From the NCBI GenBank assembly GCA_002633005.1, contig NMRA01000039.1, forward strand, positions 848,335 to 912,334: a stretch of 64,000 nucleotides of DNA. Direction: 5' to 3'. Source of the stretch: Phoronis australis. Lineage: Eukaryota; Animalia; Phoronida. Shown piece by piece: positions 60,801 to 64,000 of the stretch. Position 1 is the stretch's first letter; each line of letters begins with the position of its first letter. Under the pieces are notes generated by a model. It did not search any database. It had not been told where the DNA came from and saw only the letters and a list, made by a program, of their open reading frames with translations. The position numbers and the translations under genes are program-made.

Positions 60801-63517
60801 CTGATTATCTCTATTTTATGTGAATGTTGAAACCAATGCTACTATGGCATGGAAATTTGAGGTGCAGTTTTATAAGCCTAATTAGCATATTTTGTGTTTC
60901 ACGTTTTTAGCAGTCAGTGGGAAGTAAGTTCAGTTTTAAATTCCAATTGTCATTCGTGACATTAAACAATTTAAGGGTGATCAAATGAAAACTCCTGAGG
61001 CCTGGTTTTGCTCAGTAGCTGAGCGAGTGAAGGCAAATTTCATTGTTTAATAGATGTGTCGTGGTGCAAGATTGATTGAAGTTACAGCCTAGCAATCAAA
61101 AGTGGTTTTATTAAATAAATACATCACAGGGATATGAAGGTAGTACCTGTCATGTCACCTCGATTGGTAAAAATAAATTTTGATTAAGAATGATCTTGAC
61201 ATTGCTGTTCTTGCATTATTCCAAAATTATTACATTCAGCGACAAAAATGCAGTTTTGTTGGCAGGGACATACTTACTCTAGTGGTGCCATTTTGTGCTG
61301 GCCGCGTTTTTTCTTTCTTTTTTGTTGTGTGTGCATCCCCTGTAGACCCACGACTGACATCGGTCTCAGACAGGCAACACAGTCATGTTTCAAACAATGT
61401 AATTAGTTAAAATAGGTTTGTCAAACTGTTACCTAATATTTGGTGAACAAACTACCTATCAGACCTGCTATCCTAGATCCAACCCTAGCTATATCAGACC
61501 TGCTATCCTAGATCCAATTTTAACCCAAGCCACTGATCTCAGTAGAGCTGGTAAGTTAGTTCTAGTTCATCGTCTAAGTTAGAAATAATCTTAAATCAGG
61601 ACTCTGAACTCATCTGCAGGGACGCTGTCTGTTTTTCCCGCAAGTTATCGGCAAGCCTGTCGTTGGGGATGTTCAGCACTTCATGGACCTCATAGCCTGC
61701 CTCTCATCCCTGCCAAAGTCTTACGATAACAACCGACGATTGACCTCACTTGCTCCCTCTGTTGCTTTGCTCACAGAACACTCCTTAAAACAGTTGTGGG
61801 AACAGAACGTCAGTTCTGACCAGGTATCGTAGTTTTTATCTTCATCTCATCATGTAAAGAAGTGGAGTTACATTTCCTTGAATACTTCATCTGGTTAAAG
61901 TAAAGATAAAAACGTTTAAAGCACTTTTTGTAAGAGTCTAATGGATATATGGTGAGAAAAAATGACCATTTCGGAATAAGTTTCTGTATGTGATTGAGGC
62001 ATTATGGTATGAAATGACTGGTACTCCATGTGTTCTGTTGTATAATTGATGCGTGACAAGTTGCATTGAGTGCCTGATGGATTGTCTCAATTGCCATCTG
62101 TTAATAGCGGTTTGTCAACAACGTGTTGCAAACAGTGTTTGCGACACAACACGTTGGGGCACCTGATGCATTATGCAACAGTTCAACAAGTCGTGCAAAA
62201 AAAATCGATGTTCTTATTGAAGCTAGGTGTTTTTCCATTTACGTTTTACAAAATCATTCGAGGGACCAATTTAAAGTCTCCTTTGCATTAGGCATTGATT
62301 ACTTCTTCCAAGATTTGCTGAAAAGCTGGTTGGGATTGGTACCTCTTGGATAATTTTCAAATGACAGACACGATCATGAAAAATGAAGTGCTTGTGTACA
62401 AATGCAGACTAATGCATTACTCATTAAATGCTAAAATTTGTTTCCCAACTGGTAACTGAAGAGCCTTTTGCATTACGGATTTAGAACGGTGGACTAACAT
62501 TCTTTCTCGACCACAATCATTTTAGACCCAATGCAAAAGGTGATTTGGAACGGTCTAAATTTAGTACGGTACTAAAGTTAGTACACTTGCAAAGACCCAA
62601 GTAACGAGCGTACCAAAGCTGGTTCAATTGCATAAAAGCTCAATGCGAAAGGTTTGGTCTGGACTATTTTGCTCGACCATCCTAAATTATCTCCCCACTT
62701 CACATGATTTTGGAGTTTTCCAGGCATTTTGCACACTCTTAATGTTGTTGCCATTTCTGTTCACTCACTGTTCACTGTACAATTAAAGTTAAACATGTCT
62801 CAAAATAAGAATAGAAATTGGAATTGGTTGTCGGATCCGTTTTGTGGTACAGCGTAGTGACATCTCGAGTATGAAGAAGCTTTAAAGATAAGATGGCGGA
62901 ATGTTAGTCCGGTCTACTGAGAATGGTTCCAATTTGGTATGGTGGGTTGTCACGCTGGTCTAAAATATGTTCTGACCACAAACTAATCTGGACTTACTCT
63001 AATGCAAAGGAAGCATTACTGATCCATTCCCATTGACATCTGAATAGAACTAAGCATTACTGATCCATTCCCATTGAGATCTGAATAGAACTAAGCATTA
63101 CTGATCCATTCCCATTGACATCTGAATAGAACTAACCACAAGTTAAGGCATTGTTTACTTTTATCAACAGCTTCTGATTGGAGACTGGGGAACAGAGATG
63201 ACTGTTAATGATAGCACTGTGTACACTCATTACACTGTAGGCTGACCTGGCCTGTTACTAGTTACTAGGAATACCCTTAAAGAATTTGAAGATATTCGAA
63301 TGTTCACAGTGCCTGCTGCTGACACTGCCATCATATTGCCTCGTTTCAGTTCGCTCTCGTGCTGGAGGTCATGCGTCATTTCGGCATCTTGTTAGAAGTG
63401 CCGTACGTTCGCCGCCAACTGACCGACCCACCGTATTATCTGGTACCAGCCTGTACTCTGTCTGAGAAGTGGTTTTTCCACGCCAAGAAAGAGTCGGAGT
63501 ATCACACGATGCTAATG
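45743..63517 (+). CDS. Uncharacterised ROCO-like protein: Cys-containing LRRs, degenerate Roc domain with inserted dynein-type microtubule-binding domain, COR domain; 3'-partial
   Basis: 15-16 GT-AG exons join into one open frame of about 711-739 aa: 45743-45826, 46910-47128, 48434-48626, 49387-49598, 50988-51110, 52687-52844, 53226-53340, (54794-54877), 55421-55471, 56895-56993, 57222-57305, 58069-58146, 59534-59650, 60273-60500, 61620-61823, 63350-63517. Domains recognised by motif only. Confidence 0.85.
46053..46113 (-). mobile_element. 3' fragment of the same SINE family
   Basis: Reverse complement of ttccaggt...tgcaatgggcccac and ctgcaattatt. Confidence 0.5.
46910..47128 (+). CDS. ROCO-like gene, LRR exon (...[10 protein letters not shown]...[22 protein letters not shown])
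   Basis: ttttcag acceptor, gttagt donor; 73 open codons; GCxxLTD motif of Cys-containing LRRs. Confidence 0.9.
48434..48626 (+). CDS. ROCO-like gene, LRR exon ([38 protein letters not shown]...)
   Basis: ctcaag acceptor, gtaagt donor; second GCxxLTD repeat; phase 1. Confidence 0.9.
48642..49285 (+). mobile_element. HINE-like element copy 5 (diverged, truncated)
   Basis: Starts with hairpin atgcgcccagatat...atatctggg and a gtccgtc microsatellite; internal gccccctagtgg repeats. Confidence 0.62.
49387..49598 (+). CDS. ROCO-like gene, start of degenerate Roc ([19 protein letters not shown]...[10 protein letters not shown])
   Basis: ttacag acceptor, ATG|gtgagt donor; phase 1 in, 0 out; beta1 and P-loop position recognisable but degenerate. 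Confidence 0.88.
50988..51110 (+). CDS. ROCO-like gene, Roc switch II/helix exon ([21 protein letters not shown]...[11 protein letters not shown])
   Basis: tttcag acceptor, gtaaga donor; resembles the Roc pattern HxxFMTxxxLYL...WLxxIK. Confidence 0.88.
51592..51737. repeat. (CTGT)/(CTCTGT)n microsatellite
   Basis: Direct reading of the sequence. Confidence 0.95.
52687..52844 (+). CDS. ROCO-like gene, Roc G4 exon ([15 protein letters not shown]...LESFN)
   Basis: tttcag acceptor, AG|gtaagt donor; IVILILHKD corresponds to Roc PVILVGTHxD; phase 2. Confidence 0.9.
53226..53340 (+). CDS. ROCO-like gene, Roc G5 exon ([16 protein letters not shown]...[13 protein letters not shown])
   Basis: tttcag acceptor, CAG|gtaaaa donor; phase 2 in, 0 out. 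Confidence 0.87.
54794..54877 (+). CDS. Candidate linker/stalk-helix exon ([28 protein letters not shown])
   Basis: T-rich acceptor ttgatag, donor GGG|gtaaat; 84 nt open, phase 0-0; no recognisable motif. Confidence 0.5.
54918..55034. repeat. Tandem duplication of about 63 bp
   Basis: caatacatggattaccaaaactaattgcattaaa...gactgacattt occurs twice. Confidence 0.85.
55221..55288. repeat. 20-bp tandem repeat, about 3.5 copies
   Basis: cacattgtatcagagtgtat. Confidence 0.9.
55421..55471 (+). CDS. Dynein-MTBD-like cassette exon 1 ([17 protein letters not shown])
   Basis: ttacag acceptor, GAG|gtaagg donor; phase 0-0; resembles the end of CC1 and helix H1. Confidence 0.82.
56318..56681. mobile_element. 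TTAA-flanked MITE (Kolobok-like); matching end fragment at about 30410
   Basis: ttaaagcgatactaaaccc...gggtttagtacccttttaa; other ttaaagggac-type ends at about 14317, 47431 and 53598. Confidence 0.6.
56895..56993 (+). CDS. Dynein-MTBD-like cassette exon 2 ([33 protein letters not shown])
   Basis: tttcag acceptor, GAG|gtacgg donor; KSMKxPPxxV signature of the dynein MTBD. Confidence 0.88.
57222..57305 (+). CDS. Dynein-MTBD-like cassette exon 3 ([28 protein letters not shown])
   Basis: ttgtag acceptor, gtgagt donor; WxPxKKxLxDxxxLxxLxxFD pattern (H3-H4). Confidence 0.88.
58069..58146 (+). CDS. Dynein-MTBD-like cassette exon 4 ([26 protein letters not shown])
   Basis: ttccag acceptor, CTG|gtatgt donor; phase 0-0. 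Confidence 0.82.
59534..59650 (+). CDS. Dynein-MTBD-like cassette exon 5 ([39 protein letters not shown])
   Basis: tttcag acceptor, gtaagt donor; WVxAMxxY signature at H6 and start of CC2. Confidence 0.88.
60273..60500 (+). CDS. ROCO-like gene, Roc terminal helix and start of COR (GVNVLLRKI...[10 protein letters not shown])
   Basis: ttttag acceptor, weaker ATG|gtattg donor; phase 0; ALKKLHVM joins GRCLFF to give the COR motif AxxxLHxxG. Confidence 0.87.
61620..61823 (+). CDS. ROCO-like gene, COR exon ([25 protein letters not shown]...[13 protein letters not shown])
   Basis: ctgcag acceptor, CAG|gtatcg donor; 68 open codons; resembles the COR pattern GxxLxF...VxxDPQWL...LxxLW. Confidence 0.87.
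63011..63135. repeat. 41-bp tandem repeat, 3 copies
   Basis: aagcattactgatccattcccattgacatctgaatagaact. Confidence 0.9.
63350..63517 (+). CDS. ROCO-like gene, COR exon ([17 protein letters not shown]...YYLVPACTL...)
   Basis: tttcag acceptor; LxxMxxFxI...YLVP COR motif; donor gtttgt at 63518 is uncertain (gtatga at 63522 is an alternative). Confidence 0.83.
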
Positions 63518-63540
63518 GTTTGTATGATAACCACTCGACG

Positions 63541-63777
63541 AGGCAGTGTGGCCTGGTTGATAAGTGCCCGCTTTCTTTACTCGAGGTCGTGGGTTCAAGT
63601 CCCACCAGGTCACACTGCTAAACCCTTGAGCCAGGTTTCTAGCTCCTCAGCTCAGTTTTAACCATATATTAATAAAGCATAAAAATATTTCCAGGTGATC
63701 AGTGCAATGGGTCCACATGCGAGGCCTGCGCACGTCTGGTACAACGTGTATCAGACCGCCTGCAATTATTTTTTTTT
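63541..63777 (+). mobile_element. tRNA-derived SINE, intact copy
   Basis: A-box-like GTGGCCTGGTTG, B-box-like GGTTCAAGTCCC, T-rich tail; homologous to the split copy at 28065-29136. Confidence 0.72.
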
Positions 63778-64000
63778 ATATAATAACCACTCATTAAGGT
63801 TATGTTGGGCCTTATCAACAAGTTTGTACATTTAGACAAATATCTACTCAACTACAGAATTTAACTCAACAGGTGTATAATATACTTTTGAAAGTAGAAA
63901 TTCCGTAGAATTTGATTTTTGACTTTATATCAATCCGTCACTAATTAGGTCACTTGACCTTGCTTTTTCGGGAAATTTAGCAAACATGTAAAGAACATTG

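Noticed and set aside
62123-62353. Extra COR exon near 62292
   Set aside because: The phase-0 reading from the tag acceptor stops after nine codons, and 61823 joins 63350 well without it.
45743-63517. Naming the gene LRRK1, LRRK2, MFHAS1 or DAPK1
   Set aside because: The GTPase motifs are degenerate, the LRR type differs and no kinase is visible in the window, so orthology cannot be supported.
63541-63612. Functional tRNA gene
   Set aside because: It has A and B boxes but no convincing cloverleaf, and it continues into a body shared with a diverged second copy, as in a SINE.

Overview
AT-rich metazoan genomic DNA with spliceosomal introns, many non-autonomous transposons and four assembly gaps. 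It looks like an invertebrate, possibly a deuterostome, but the taxon cannot be established from this window. Two spliced genes can be rebuilt by hand, head to head around a CpG-rich promoter at about 41.0-41.45 kb. (1) Minus strand: a complete MCRS1/MSP58 orthologue with 10 coding exons (40213 to 20553, about 448 aa, C-terminal FHA domain). (2) Plus strand: a large gene mostly missed by the ORF track (coding exons 45743 to at least 63517, about 710-740 aa in the window, continuing off the right edge). It reads as Cys-containing LRRs, a degenerate Roc GTPase domain and a COR domain, so it is ROCO-like. An axonemal-dynein-like microtubule-binding domain (MTBD) is inserted into the Roc G5 region as an all-phase-0 exon cassette; this is the main finding. 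The introns also carry five copies of a Helentron-associated (HINE/pearl-like) element whose ~140-bp internal repeats each hold a CTCF-consensus-like motif, and these arrays point convergently across the shared promoter. Bases 1-18 kb hold MITEs and probably the 5' end of an unidentified minus-strand gene. All domain calls come from manual motif recognition, not database searches.
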